The notes beneath the pieces were generated by a model. It ran no database searches, was not told the DNA's origin, and was given only the letters and a program-made list of their open reading frames with translations. From positions 177,427 through 241,426 of the IMG/VR virus record IMGVR_UViG_3300007352_000001: 64,000 nt of DNA. One strand, written 5' to 3'. The number at the start of each line of letters is the position of its first letter. The first letter of the stretch is position 1. Made by a program: the position numbers and the translations under genes. Shown here one piece after another: positions 44,707-53,263 of the stretch.

Positions 44707-45290
44707 TGCGCTCACTGCTCACCACGCTGTGCTTCGCTGTGCTCGTGCTGGCTCAGCCGGCGTGGGCAGGACGGCTCTATCTCTTTGCCGAGAACGCCAT
44801 CCTGCCGTCGGGCTCGACGTGCACCAAGAACATCGAGATCCAGTCGGATCGCGCCTACACGACGATCAACTGCCCGCCGGGCGGCAACAACATCTTCGCG
44901 ATCCCGTTCCCGTTCCCAACCGATGCGCCGAGCACGGGATGGACGTTCCGCGTCCACTACCAGGTGAACCAGACCACCGCGTCGTCGCGCTGCGCGTGGG
45001 ACGTCACCATGAAGACGTTCCCCGACAACAGTGACGCCACGATCACCGGCGGCTCGGTCACCACGCTCCAGAGCACCTCGCAGACGCACACCGTCAACCG
45101 CCGGTACGTCTCCCCGGCGAGCGGCGCCATCAGCCAGATCCTCGGTCCGAGCGGCAGTCCCTGCACCGGCACGCCGTCGAACTGCGCGGATCTCAGCGCG
45201 GTGGCGAAGCTCGACATGAACGACGGATCGAGCACCAACATCAGCAACCCGAACAGCTGCAACTTCCGCATGCTGGAGGTTCGGTACTGA
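44706..45290 (+). CDS. secreted Cys-rich beta protein, paralog 3
   Basis: TGATG coupling; AWA/GRLY; ends CNFRMLEVRY. Confidence 0.8.
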   Translation: MRSLLTTLCFAVLVLAQPAWAGRLYLFAENAILPSGSTCTKNIEIQSDRAYTTINCPPGGNNIFAIPFPFPTDAPSTGWTFRVHYQVNQTTASSRCAWDVTMKTFPDNSDATITGGSVTTLQSTSQTHTVNRRYVSPASGAISQILGPSGSPCTGTPSNCADLSAVAKLDMNDGSSTNISNPNSCNFRMLEVRY

Positions 45291-45937
45291 TGCCGCGTTC
45301 GCTGTTTGCGAATAGCAAACGTGCCGGCGTCACGGGCCTTTTCTCCCTGTTGGGGTGTGCCCGTTTGCGGATTGCATACGCCGCGGCGCTGCTCGTGCTG
45401 GTCGCCACGCCGGCTCACGCCGGCCGCATCTACGTGTTCGCCGAGGCGTTCTACCTGACGACGACTTCGACGTGCACCAAGACGGTCAACTCGACCACGC
45501 AGAACTCGACGACGACGATCAACTGTCCGTCGAACGTGCTGACCACCGGCTTCCGCGCCAACGTGGCGTTCCCGCCCGATGCGCCGAACAGCTGGTCGTA
45601 CAGGGTCTGGTACACGACGCCGGACACGGCCTCGAACAAGTCGTGCAGCTGGCAGATCCAGGCGCGCTCGCGCCCCCACGACTCGCGCAACGACCTGGGC
45701 GGCGGTGAGGACACCGCTACCGTGATCGGTGGACCGATCCAACACGCCAACAACCGCCAGTACAAGACCGACATCTCGACGGCGACGGCCGTCTACAACA
45801 CGGCGACTTCGGCCAACTGTTCGAGCACGGCGTGCCAGGACACCGAGGTGCGCCTCAACATCGCGCTCATTCCGGTGCTCTTCAGTGCCGACTCCGCGAG
45901 CGAGTGCGACTTCCGATATCTGGAGATCGAGTACTGA
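45290..45937 (+). CDS. secreted Cys-rich beta protein, paralog 4
   Basis: AHA/GRIY; ends CDFRYLEIEY. Confidence 0.8.
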   Translation: MPRSLFANSKRAGVTGLFSLLGCARLRIAYAAALLVLVATPAHAGRIYVFAEAFYLTTTSTCTKTVNSTTQNSTTTINCPSNVLTTGFRANVAFPPDAPNSWSYRVWYTTPDTASNKSCSWQIQARSRPHDSRNDLGGGEDTATVIGGPIQHANNRQYKTDISTATAVYNTATSANCSSTACQDTEVRLNIALIPVLFSADSASECDFRYLEIEY

Positions 45938-46521
45938 TGCGCACGCTACGGATTCTCTTCGTCGCGCTCGCTGTACTCCTCGTGGGCTCCAAGGCTCACG
46001 CCGGCCGCATCTACGGCTGGGCTGAGGCAGCGAAGCTCACCTCATCGTCCTCGGGTTGCACGCTCACCGACAACCAGGGTGTGCGCTCGGGCGGCAACTA
46101 CGCCTACCGCACGATGAACTGCACCGACGGTGCGAACCGCGAGTTCGTGCTGCCGTTGTGGATCCCGCCCGATGCGCCCAACACGGGCTGGACGGCGCGC
46201 GTGCATTACGAGACGACCGACACCAGCGCCAGCAAGGTCTGCGCGTGGAACGTGTCGATTGGCGCCTACAAGGACGGCGCCTCGCCGCTCGGCTCGCAAG
46301 GGTCGACCACGGCGATCGCTGGTAGCTCGCGCACGCACGTGGCTGGCACGCGCTACATCACCAGCCCGTCGGCGACCTTCTCGCTCTACGATGTGCTCGC
46401 GGCTGGCGCCTGCGCCTCGACCAACTGCCTGCAGAAGACGGCCAAGGCCTACGTCACGCTCGACAGCTCGGCCACCACCGCCACGGGGTGTGACTTCCGC
46501 ATGCTGGAGGTTCGGTACTGA
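45937..46521 (+). CDS. secreted Cys-rich beta protein, paralog 5
   Basis: AHA/GRIY; ends CDFRMLEVRY. Confidence 0.8.
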   Translation: MRTLRILFVALAVLLVGSKAHAGRIYGWAEAAKLTSSSSGCTLTDNQGVRSGGNYAYRTMNCTDGANREFVLPLWIPPDAPNTGWTARVHYETTDTSASKVCAWNVSIGAYKDGASPLGSQGSTTAIAGSSRTHVAGTRYITSPSATFSLYDVLAAGACASTNCLQKTAKAYVTLDSSATTATGCDFRMLEVRY

Positions 46522-47126
46522 TGCGCACGCTGAAGCTCCTGGTCGTGCTCGCGCTGTGCCTCCTGCCAGCCACCGCGCACGCCGTCACCTACTTCGCCTT
46601 CGCCGAAGACGCCACCCTCGCCACGGCGACTGACATCTGCGCCATCACTGAGCACCAGGGCACGTCGAGCAACTACACTACGGTCGACTGCACGGGCTCG
46701 GGCGAGACGCGTGTCGCCATCCCGCTCTACCGCCCGGTGTACGACCCGAGCAGCTGGCCGAAGGCGGCGACGGTGAAGGTCCACTACGAGACGCCCGACA
46801 CCAGCTCGAACACGCACTGCGACTGGGACGTGGCGATCTACATCATCAACACGTACACCTCGTCGGGCACGGTGCAGCCGGCCCTGGTGAATGCGTCTTC
46901 GGTGTCGACGACGGCCGTCACGGGCACAACCCAGACGCACGCGGCGGACACGCGCTACATCACGCCCGCCACCTCGACGTTCAACTTGAAGGATCCAGCT
47001 GGCTCGGACTGCAGCAACGGCAATGCGGGCTGCGCCGATGGCGAGGCCGTGGTCATCATCGACTGGGACGACGCGTCGTCGACCGCGAGCGAGTGCCGGC
47101 TGCGGGCGGTGGAGGTGAACTACTGA
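46521..47126 (+). CDS. secreted Cys-rich beta protein, paralog 6
   Basis: AHA/VTYF; ends CRLRAVEVNY. Confidence 0.8.
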   Translation: MRTLKLLVVLALCLLPATAHAVTYFAFAEDATLATATDICAITEHQGTSSNYTTVDCTGSGETRVAIPLYRPVYDPSSWPKAATVKVHYETPDTSSNTHCDWDVAIYIINTYTSSGTVQPALVNASSVSTTAVTGTTQTHAADTRYITPATSTFNLKDPAGSDCSNGNAGCADGEAVVIIDWDDASSTASECRLRAVEVNY

Positions 47127-47800
47127 TGCGCTCGCACATCGCTGAGCTGCGGTTGTTCGTGAAGCAGCTGCATGAGCTGGGCCGTCTGCTCGGGATCCCG
47201 AAGCAGGCGATGCGCCAGTACATCGGCAGCCGCCTGTTCGTCGTGGCACTGGTCGCGCTCCTGGGTGGCTTCGGTGAAGCGCACGCTGGCATGATCCAGC
47301 TTGGCGCCGAGGCCGCACAGTTCGCGAGCCCCGCGCCTGCCACGTGCACCAAGGTCACGACCGCGGCAAGCAACTACACCGACACCTCGATTAACTGCAC
47401 GTCGTCTGGATCAGACGTGAAGTTCTACCTGCCGGTGGCGATCCCACCAGATTACACCGGCGGCTCGGGCATCTTCACCTCGGTGTACTACACGTCGCCT
47501 GACCCGTTCACGAACCGGCGGTGCTACTGGGCCTTGGCGCTCTCGGCCCTGCGCGACGGTGCCACCGCCGCCTCGCTCGATACCACGACGGTGTTCACGG
47601 CCGGCCCGCAGGTTCAGCACGTGGCGGGTCGACGGTACTGGGCGCAGAACAACGTGCTCCCGTACGACGTGCTAGCCGGCGCGAACTGCTCGGGCAGCAA
47701 CTGCTCGGATACTGAGGCCATTTTGGAGGTCACGTTGCGCGCCTCGCCGAACACCTCGGCGACGCAGTGCAACTTCGACTTCGTCACCCTTCGCTACTGA
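47126..47800 (+). CDS. secreted Cys-rich beta protein, paralog 7
   Basis: AHA/GMIQ; ends CNFDFVTLRY. Confidence 0.8.
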   Translation: MRSHIAELRLFVKQLHELGRLLGIPKQAMRQYIGSRLFVVALVALLGGFGEAHAGMIQLGAEAAQFASPAPATCTKVTTAASNYTDTSINCTSSGSDVKFYLPVAIPPDYTGGSGIFTSVYYTSPDPFTNRRCYWALALSALRDGATAASLDTTTVFTAGPQVQHVAGRRYWAQNNVLPYDVLAGANCSGSNCSDTEAILEVTLRASPNTSATQCNFDFVTLRY

Positions 47801-47816
47801 GAAAGGGACGTACGCC

Positions 47817-48266
47817 ATGTGGAAGGTTCTGGTGCAGGTTGTGGCTGGGGCAGCGATGCCCTTCATTTTGCTGGGGGCGACACTGGCGTATGTGCCGCCT
47901 CAGTACGTGATCGGCTCTGCCGCGCCACCGGAGTGCAAGGCGTGCAGCTGCCCCGGCGACCTGGACGGCAACGGTGCAGTGTCGGTAGGCGAGCTGATCG
48001 CGGCGGTGAACTCGCTGCTGCACGGTTGCCCAGCGCCGGCCCCGACGTTCACGCCGATCACCAAGCGCACCGCGGTCGTCTTCTGCCCAGGGGACTGCAA
48101 CGGAGATGGAGTGGTGACCATCGCAGAGAAGGACCAGGCGATCGCGATCATCAACGGGGCGCCCCTCTCGACGTGCATGGCCGCGGACGCCAACGGCGAC
48201 GGCCGTGTGCGCAGCAACGACATCACCATGATCATCCAGGCGATCAACGACGGCTGCCCGCAATGA
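47817..48266 (+). CDS. secreted or membrane protein with dockerin-like Ca-binding repeats
   Basis: CPGDLDGNGAVSVGELIAAVN, CPGDCNGDGVVTIAE, ADANGDGRVRSNDI..IIQA. Confidence 0.75.
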   Translation: MWKVLVQVVAGAAMPFILLGATLAYVPPQYVIGSAAPPECKACSCPGDLDGNGAVSVGELIAAVNSLLHGCPAPAPTFTPITKRTAVVFCPGDCNGDGVVTIAEKDQAIAIINGAPLSTCMAADANGDGRVRSNDITMIIQAINDGCPQ

Positions 48267-48700
48267 GCACATTGTCGGCTGAGTTCCGCATGTTCCCGCC
48301 GACCTACGCGGACATGTACGGGTTCCCGCGGCAGCCGCCCAGCTCGGGCTGGCAGCAGTGGCAGCAGCAACAATGGGTCGACGACCGCACCTCGGTGCAG
48401 CCGCCGTACGTGCCGTCGTACGGGGAACCCATCTGGATCGTGCAGCCGTCGGTCACGGTGCCGATGGTGCCGTACCCGCATCCGCAGAAGCTGCCGACGG
48501 TGCCGTCACCAACGCCGTTCCAGCCACAGCGGACCTACACCGTCGAGGAGCTGGAACTGATGCTGGCTGCGGCGCAGCAGCACGCTCTGCACGACGGCGC
48601 CCCGAGCGATCACGTCCCCACGCCTTTCGAGCACTTGCAGAAGGGGCAGATCGGCTACGCCTCGCGTCGCGACGTCGTCGAGCGCGACGGCGCACCGTGA
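48263..48700 (+). CDS. Pro/Gln-rich protein with HLQxGQxGYASR motif
   Basis: ATGA coupling; FEHLQKGQIGYASR. Confidence 0.6.
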   Translation: MSTLSAEFRMFPPTYADMYGFPRQPPSSGWQQWQQQQWVDDRTSVQPPYVPSYGEPIWIVQPSVTVPMVPYPHPQKLPTVPSPTPFQPQRTYTVEELELMLAAAQQHALHDGAPSDHVPTPFEHLQKGQIGYASRRDVVERDGAP

Positions 48701-48870
48701 GGATTCAGGGCCGGCTCCGTACCCCGAAGCCCGTCGTCTTCCACGATGAGGAGTGCACGGTGCGGTTCAACGAGCACCTGCAACCTGGCCAGGTCGGCTA
48801 CGCGTCACGTGAGGGAACACATGGCTGGACCGCTGCTCGATCCGACTCGCCCGCACCACCCGTCGCTTGA
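48697..48870 (+). CDS. small protein with HLQxGQxGYASR motif
   Basis: GTGA coupling; FNEHLQPGQVGYASR. Confidence 0.55.
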   Translation: MRIQGRLRTPKPVVFHDEECTVRFNEHLQPGQVGYASREGTHGWTAARSDSPAPPVA

Positions 48871-49177
48871 CGACCTAGTCGATCCGAACTGTCACCGCCT
48901 GGTTCGCCACTTCTTCGAGAAGCCGCGGACACCTAGCGCCGACGGCGTCGCCTTCGATCGTGACGGCAAGCGCCCGTTCAACTTCCACCTGCAGCGCGGG
49001 CAGGTGGGCTACGCCAGTCGCACCGTCGTCGACACGGCGATCGGCACGGTGGCGGTGAGTACGCCGGAGTGCGGGACCGTGCCGCAGCTGGTCACCAACG
49101 GACCGCCGCTCACGAACAACCCACTGCTCGACATCGCCAACCGGCGCATCCGTGCACTGACACACCGTGAGGAGTGA
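48821..49177 (+). CDS. hypothetical protein with HLQxGQxGYASR motif
   Basis: GAGGG SD; FNFHLQRGQVGYASR. Confidence 0.6.
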   Translation: MAGPLLDPTRPHHPSLDDLVDPNCHRLVRHFFEKPRTPSADGVAFDRDGKRPFNFHLQRGQVGYASRTVVDTAIGTVAVSTPECGTVPQLVTNGPPLTNNPLLDIANRRIRALTHREE

Positions 49178-49536
49178 TGAAGGATCCCAACGCACGTATC
49201 CGGCGGATCGAGCGTCTGCTGGTGAAGCTCGAACACGCCTGGACCGGTCAGGTGAAAGCGATCCGTCTCGAACTGGATCTGCTCTCGCTGGTGCTGGTGC
49301 AGGAACTGAAGATCCCCGGCGAGCGCATGGAGCACTACCGCCGCCAGGTGATCGTGATGCACTCACAACTCGAAGCCGCGGCAGCGATGTCGGAGTGTCT
49401 CCGGCCGCTCGCCGCGGCGTTGAAGACACCCTTCCTCCACGATTCGGCACAGGCTGAGTCGCCAGCAACCCCGGCGGCGGTAGGCGCCCTCCTCCCGCAG
49501 CCGGGGTTCCCGCCCGAGGAGGCTACAACAGCATGA
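49174..49536 (+). CDS. hypothetical protein
   Basis: GAGGAG SD, coupled. Confidence 0.6.
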   Translation: MMKDPNARIRRIERLLVKLEHAWTGQVKAIRLELDLLSLVLVQELKIPGERMEHYRRQVIVMHSQLEAAAAMSECLRPLAAALKTPFLHDSAQAESPATPAAVGALLPQPGFPPEEATTA

Positions 49537-50015
49537 CAGCGCTCCTCTACGTGCTGCTGGGTGTGGGTTTGACGCTCGCCCTTGGCGCTCTCTGTCCCGC
49601 ACGCCATGGGCGCCTTGGGCGACTTCGGGTGCCCATACGGATGCGGGACACCAACGACAACGGAGGAGTCGAGATCATGGTCACCATGACCACCACGCAG
49701 CAAGTCGACATCGGCCCGATCACCGCGACCGATCGTCGAGGCAACCCCGCACCGCTCGATGGCGCCCCGACCTTCGGCAGCTCGGACGAAGCCGTCTGCA
49801 CCGTCGAGGCGCATCCGTCGGGCGACCCCGCCATGGCGCTCGCCAAGGCGGTCGGTCCGACGGGCTCGGTGCAGATCACCGTCAGCGCTGACGCCGACCT
49901 CGGCGAAGGCGTGAAGCCGATTCAGGGCATCCTGCAGATCGACGTGCTCGCCGCCGAGGCCAGCACGCTGGTCATCGCCACCGGTCAGCCGACCGAGCAG
50001 GACCTGGGTGCCTGA
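49533..50015 (+). CDS. membrane-anchored Ig-like (Big_2-like) protein
   Basis: TM helix, then TATD..GNPA....TF.SSDEAVCTV...A.G..GSVQITVSAD. Confidence 0.65.
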   Translation: MTALLYVLLGVGLTLALGALCPARHGRLGRLRVPIRMRDTNDNGGVEIMVTMTTTQQVDIGPITATDRRGNPAPLDGAPTFGSSDEAVCTVEAHPSGDPAMALAKAVGPTGSVQITVSADADLGEGVKPIQGILQIDVLAAEASTLVIATGQPTEQDLGA

Positions 50016-50815
50016 TGCTCCACACTGTGGTCGATCGCCTGCTCGCATCAGGCGATGTCGAGCAGGCGATCGCCGCAGTGCTAGAGTCGGGCATGACGCG
50101 CTTGCCCGACGGTAGTGGCTTCTTCACCGGCACCGTGAAATCCCCGCACGATGTGCGGGGAAAGCGTGGTCGAATCACCGCAGAGGCCAAGGACGAAGGT
50201 GACGAGTGGGATCGTCTGGTCGGCGACAAGCGTCGCTACCGCCGCTGGCGTCGCACACGTTGGTGTGAGTGCTCGAACGGCGCGTGTCCTGCGCATCCCG
50301 GCAAGGAGCTGCACGACATCCAGGCGCGCTCGCACACGGTGATCAAGACTGAGACCGGTGAGCCGCATCGCTTCTGCGGCAACTGCGCTCGTCATGCCGT
50401 GAAGAGCGGACGTTTCCACGTGAGCGAAGCGATCGACGAAGGCGACGTGGTGAGCTTCAGCGCTGGCCAACGACGTCGGCAGATGGCGCTTCGGCCGCAG
50501 CGCCCAGCCCCGAAGCGCTCGATGAAGGACCAGTTCTTGGCGCGTATGGGCTTTCCCAAGCGCCCCATCTCGCTCGATGCGGCCCGTGAGCGTCGGGACG
50601 ATCCGGTCCGCGCGCAGTACGATCTCGCTGGCGACATCCAGCACTGGGGTGAGCGCCACCGCTACGACAAGGATCCCGAGTGGCGTGGCCCTGCCGTGGT
50701 GAGCTGGCGGGCACAGAAGGCTGCCGGCAAGGTATTCGGCGCCGCGGGGATCGAGGGCGTGAAGCTGCGCTCGGCGATGCTGCGCTCGAAGCTCAACACG
50801 TTCCGAGGTCGATGA
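50015..50815 (+). CDS. modular basic protein, possible internal head protein
   Basis: segments separated by VLE/S, TAE/A, VSE/A, IDE/G; Zn motif CEC..C..H...C..C. Confidence 0.6.
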   Translation: MLHTVVDRLLASGDVEQAIAAVLESGMTRLPDGSGFFTGTVKSPHDVRGKRGRITAEAKDEGDEWDRLVGDKRRYRRWRRTRWCECSNGACPAHPGKELHDIQARSHTVIKTETGEPHRFCGNCARHAVKSGRFHVSEAIDEGDVVSFSAGQRRRQMALRPQRPAPKRSMKDQFLARMGFPKRPISLDAARERRDDPVRAQYDLAGDIQHWGERHRYDKDPEWRGPAVVSWRAQKAAGKVFGAAGIEGVKLRSAMLRSKLNTFRGR

Positions 50816-51279
50816 ACTACGACGAGGCCCGTCAACGCCAGGGCGACGGACGCTGGGACTGGACCACGGCCAATCGACGCCTGGGCACGTTCGCCGACGG
50901 CTACTGTGCCGGCTGGTACACCTGGACGCAGGCCGACGCTGATCGGCTCGCGATTCCGCTCGATCGGCTCCTCGCTGAGCAAGAGAAGGATCACGGCGCG
51001 CACCGTGCCAAGTTCCACACCGACGGGCACGCGACCAAGGAAGACGCCGAGCGCTGCTACTACGAGTACTCGGCCGATCACCTCTACGAGTCCGGCCCGT
51101 GGTCGCCCGAACAGAAGTGCCACTACCAGGACTGCCGCGAGCTGGCGAACATGGGCCTGGAGAACCGCGGCTACGCGGGCTGCTTCAGTCTCACGCTCCT
51201 CTGCGATGCGCACCGCACCGTCGAGGTGATGCGCGAGCTGCAGCCGTTCAAGCCGGGGATGTCGCACATCCACTCGTAA
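50812..51279 (+). CDS. hypothetical protein
   Basis: coupled; Cys/His motifs. Confidence 0.65.
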   Translation: MNYDEARQRQGDGRWDWTTANRRLGTFADGYCAGWYTWTQADADRLAIPLDRLLAEQEKDHGAHRAKFHTDGHATKEDAERCYYEYSADHLYESGPWSPEQKCHYQDCRELANMGLENRGYAGCFSLTLLCDAHRTVEVMRELQPFKPGMSHIHS

Positions 51280-51282
51280 GCG

Positions 51283-51312
51283 TTGACGAGTCCGCGAGGA
51301 CTCTGCTACCAG
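51283..51312 (+). promoter_or_regulatory. putative sigma70-type promoter
   Basis: TTGACG-N15-TGC-TACCAG, same layout as 17806. Confidence 0.4.
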
Positions 51313-51321
51313 GGGCGAACC

Positions 51322-52161
51322 ATGAATCCCGAGGCACTCGCACGACACTTTAAGTCGATCGGTGCCGCGATCCAGATCACTGAGGTGCCGCGTGAGACGA
51401 CGACGCGTCGTCCGCGAGCGCGGCTGGTGCGGTGGGGTAGCGGCGAGCCGGTCAGTTCTCCCTCTCACATTCTCGACGTGCGGCCGATGCGCGAGCATCG
51501 CCAGGCCAGGCCGGTCGAGACCTTCACCCTGCGTGTGAACGAGGGGGTGCAGGTGAACGCGGTCCACATCGACCCCGAGCTGCGCCACCTGCTGCTGAAC
51601 GTCAACGACGGGACGCAGAAGGCCAAGTACCTCTGTGGGCACGACGAGCGCCACTGGTTCGTGGCTGGGGTGGCGAACAACGTCACCACCGTGCGCACGG
51701 CCATGGAGAGCTTGCAGCCGCCTCCGGTCGCCGAGAAGACGCGCCGACTGAAGACCAAGGACAAGCTCAGCCGGCGCAACGACGCCTTCGTGCGCCAGGG
51801 CGAGTGGTTCTTCGTCCCGGAGCCGAAGCTCCGGCTGCCGGCCACCGCGCAGGTCTACAAGCACGAACCGCTGCGTCGGAACACGCGCTCGAAGCCGCAC
51901 ATGGCCGAGGAGCTGACCCGCCACGGCGGCACGGTCGTCTACCTGTGCTCGCACTTTCGCACCGGTGCGACGGCCAAGCAGTGGCGGGAGCACAAGGCAA
52001 GCGGCGCGTTTTGCCACGCGAATACGGCCGTGCGCGATGCGATCGTGTACGTGCGCGGCAAGATCTCGCACGCCGATCACAAGACCGTCACGCTGAAGGG
52101 CTGGCACCGGGTGTTCATGAACAACGAGCCCTTCCGCGCCGAAGTCGCCTTCCTCGACTGA
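51322..52161 (+). CDS. conserved hypothetical protein
   Basis: LCGHDERHWFVA, RQGEWFFVP, VYVRG...H.DH....L.GWHRV. Confidence 0.75.
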   Translation: MNPEALARHFKSIGAAIQITEVPRETTTRRPRARLVRWGSGEPVSSPSHILDVRPMREHRQARPVETFTLRVNEGVQVNAVHIDPELRHLLLNVNDGTQKAKYLCGHDERHWFVAGVANNVTTVRTAMESLQPPPVAEKTRRLKTKDKLSRRNDAFVRQGEWFFVPEPKLRLPATAQVYKHEPLRRNTRSKPHMAEELTRHGGTVVYLCSHFRTGATAKQWREHKASGAFCHANTAVRDAIVYVRGKISHADHKTVTLKGWHRVFMNNEPFRAEVAFLD

Positions 52162-52292
52162 CCACGGAATGGTTGAGGGTGCCTGGCCAGACCCACGCTT
52201 ACTCTACGTTTCGCTGGCATGCGGCGTGGGGTGGGCCTTGCACTGATCGGGTGGGTGCTCTTCTTCGTGAGCACGAAACGGTGAGGTGAGTT

Positions 52293-52553
52293 GTGGAACT
52301 CGACGACGGACTGAGCGGCGCTGGACCAACCCGCGGCCCGGACATCCCGGTGAGCTTCCCACGAGCGCGTCTGCTCTGGGCACAGCTTGCCGGCCACTAC
52401 ACGGCCTGGCGCACCGGCGTCCCGTTCGACATCACCGAGCAGCTCCGGGCGAGTGCTCGGGCACTGCATGTTCCAGGCCCGGATGTCGAACAGCACGACG
52501 AGGACTACGACGGCGACTGCTACTGCGCGCTCTGCCTGTCGTACTCGGACTGA
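52293..52553 (+). CDS. hypothetical protein
   Basis: GAGGTG SD; CYCALC. Confidence 0.5.
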   Translation: MELDDGLSGAGPTRGPDIPVSFPRARLLWAQLAGHYTAWRTGVPFDITEQLRASARALHVPGPDVEQHDEDYDGDCYCALCLSYSD

Positions 52554-52816
52554 TGTTCCCGAGCCGCTTCACCAAATCGCTGCTGTGGATCTACTGGCGC
52601 ACGCTCCTGCGTCTGAGTGTGCGCCGCCAGCGGCTCACCTACGTCGACGTCCGCCTGATGCGCATCTACGGCTACCTCGAACGCCGTAAGCGGCGGGCGA
52701 ACCGCGGGCCGTTCCTGCAAACGCCGTCGCGCGTAGAGCGCGAGCTGCGGGAGATGGAAGACGAGCTGGCGCTGATCAAGCCGGTGCGGTCCGATGGCGA
52801 GGCAGGTAAGATATGA
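52553..52816 (+). CDS. basic hypothetical protein
   Basis: TGATG coupling. Confidence 0.5.
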   Translation: MFPSRFTKSLLWIYWRTLLRLSVRRQRLTYVDVRLMRIYGYLERRKRRANRGPFLQTPSRVERELREMEDELALIKPVRSDGEAGKI

Positions 52817-53040
52817 GCGGTGGCGAGACACTCGCAGAAGCGATTGCTCGACATGAGATCTGCCGTTGTGGAGATCCGCTCGGCGACGATGCTGTTGGTC
52901 TCACTGACGACCGGCGCCTCGTGATGATCGTCGCGTGCCGTGAGTGCGCCGTTGATCTGCGACTGCTTCCCAATCCTGATGGACCGGTCGACATCCCTGC
53001 AAGGTTCACGCTGGTTCTGAACGATGTCGGGGCAGGGTAA
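52813..53040 (+). CDS. small zinc-binding protein
   Basis: CRCG...CREC. Confidence 0.5.
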   Translation: MSGGETLAEAIARHEICRCGDPLGDDAVGLTDDRRLVMIVACRECAVDLRLLPNPDGPVDIPARFTLVLNDVGAG

Positions 53041-53233
53041 GTCGGTCGATGAGATCGTCGGTGAGTTGGCGGACGTCATGGCCATGTCGCTCCTCGACAA
53101 GTTCGCGCTTGCTGCGCTGCAGGGCATCCTCGCGCACGCAGGACACGACAACGATCCTGCGGACGTCGCTCGCTGGTCGTACGACTTCGCCGAGGCCGCA
53201 TTGAGGGAGCGCGGGTTCCGCGTGAAGACGTGA
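53024..53233 (+). CDS. conserved phage hypothetical protein
   Basis: MSL.D.FA.AALQGILA...A..SY..A.A.L.ER pattern. Confidence 0.6.
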   Translation: MSGQGKSVDEIVGELADVMAMSLLDKFALAALQGILAHAGHDNDPADVARWSYDFAEAALRERGFRVKT

Positions 53234-53263
53234 GTCGCCGACACCGTCGACGGTTGAACAAAG

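Noticed and set aside
42919-44715. 598-aa minus-strand ORF and similar long antisense ORFs (5399..6955, 11747..13294, 19765..21372, 29231..30547, 50662..52107)
   Set aside because: These are shadow frames of well-supported plus-strand genes in high-GC DNA: Arg/Ala/Gly-rich, with no motifs.
44119-47800. Diversity-generating retroelement behind the paralog array
   Set aside because: No reverse transcriptase and no near-identical TR/VR pair with adenine-specific differences in the window. Divergence is spread throughout the genes.
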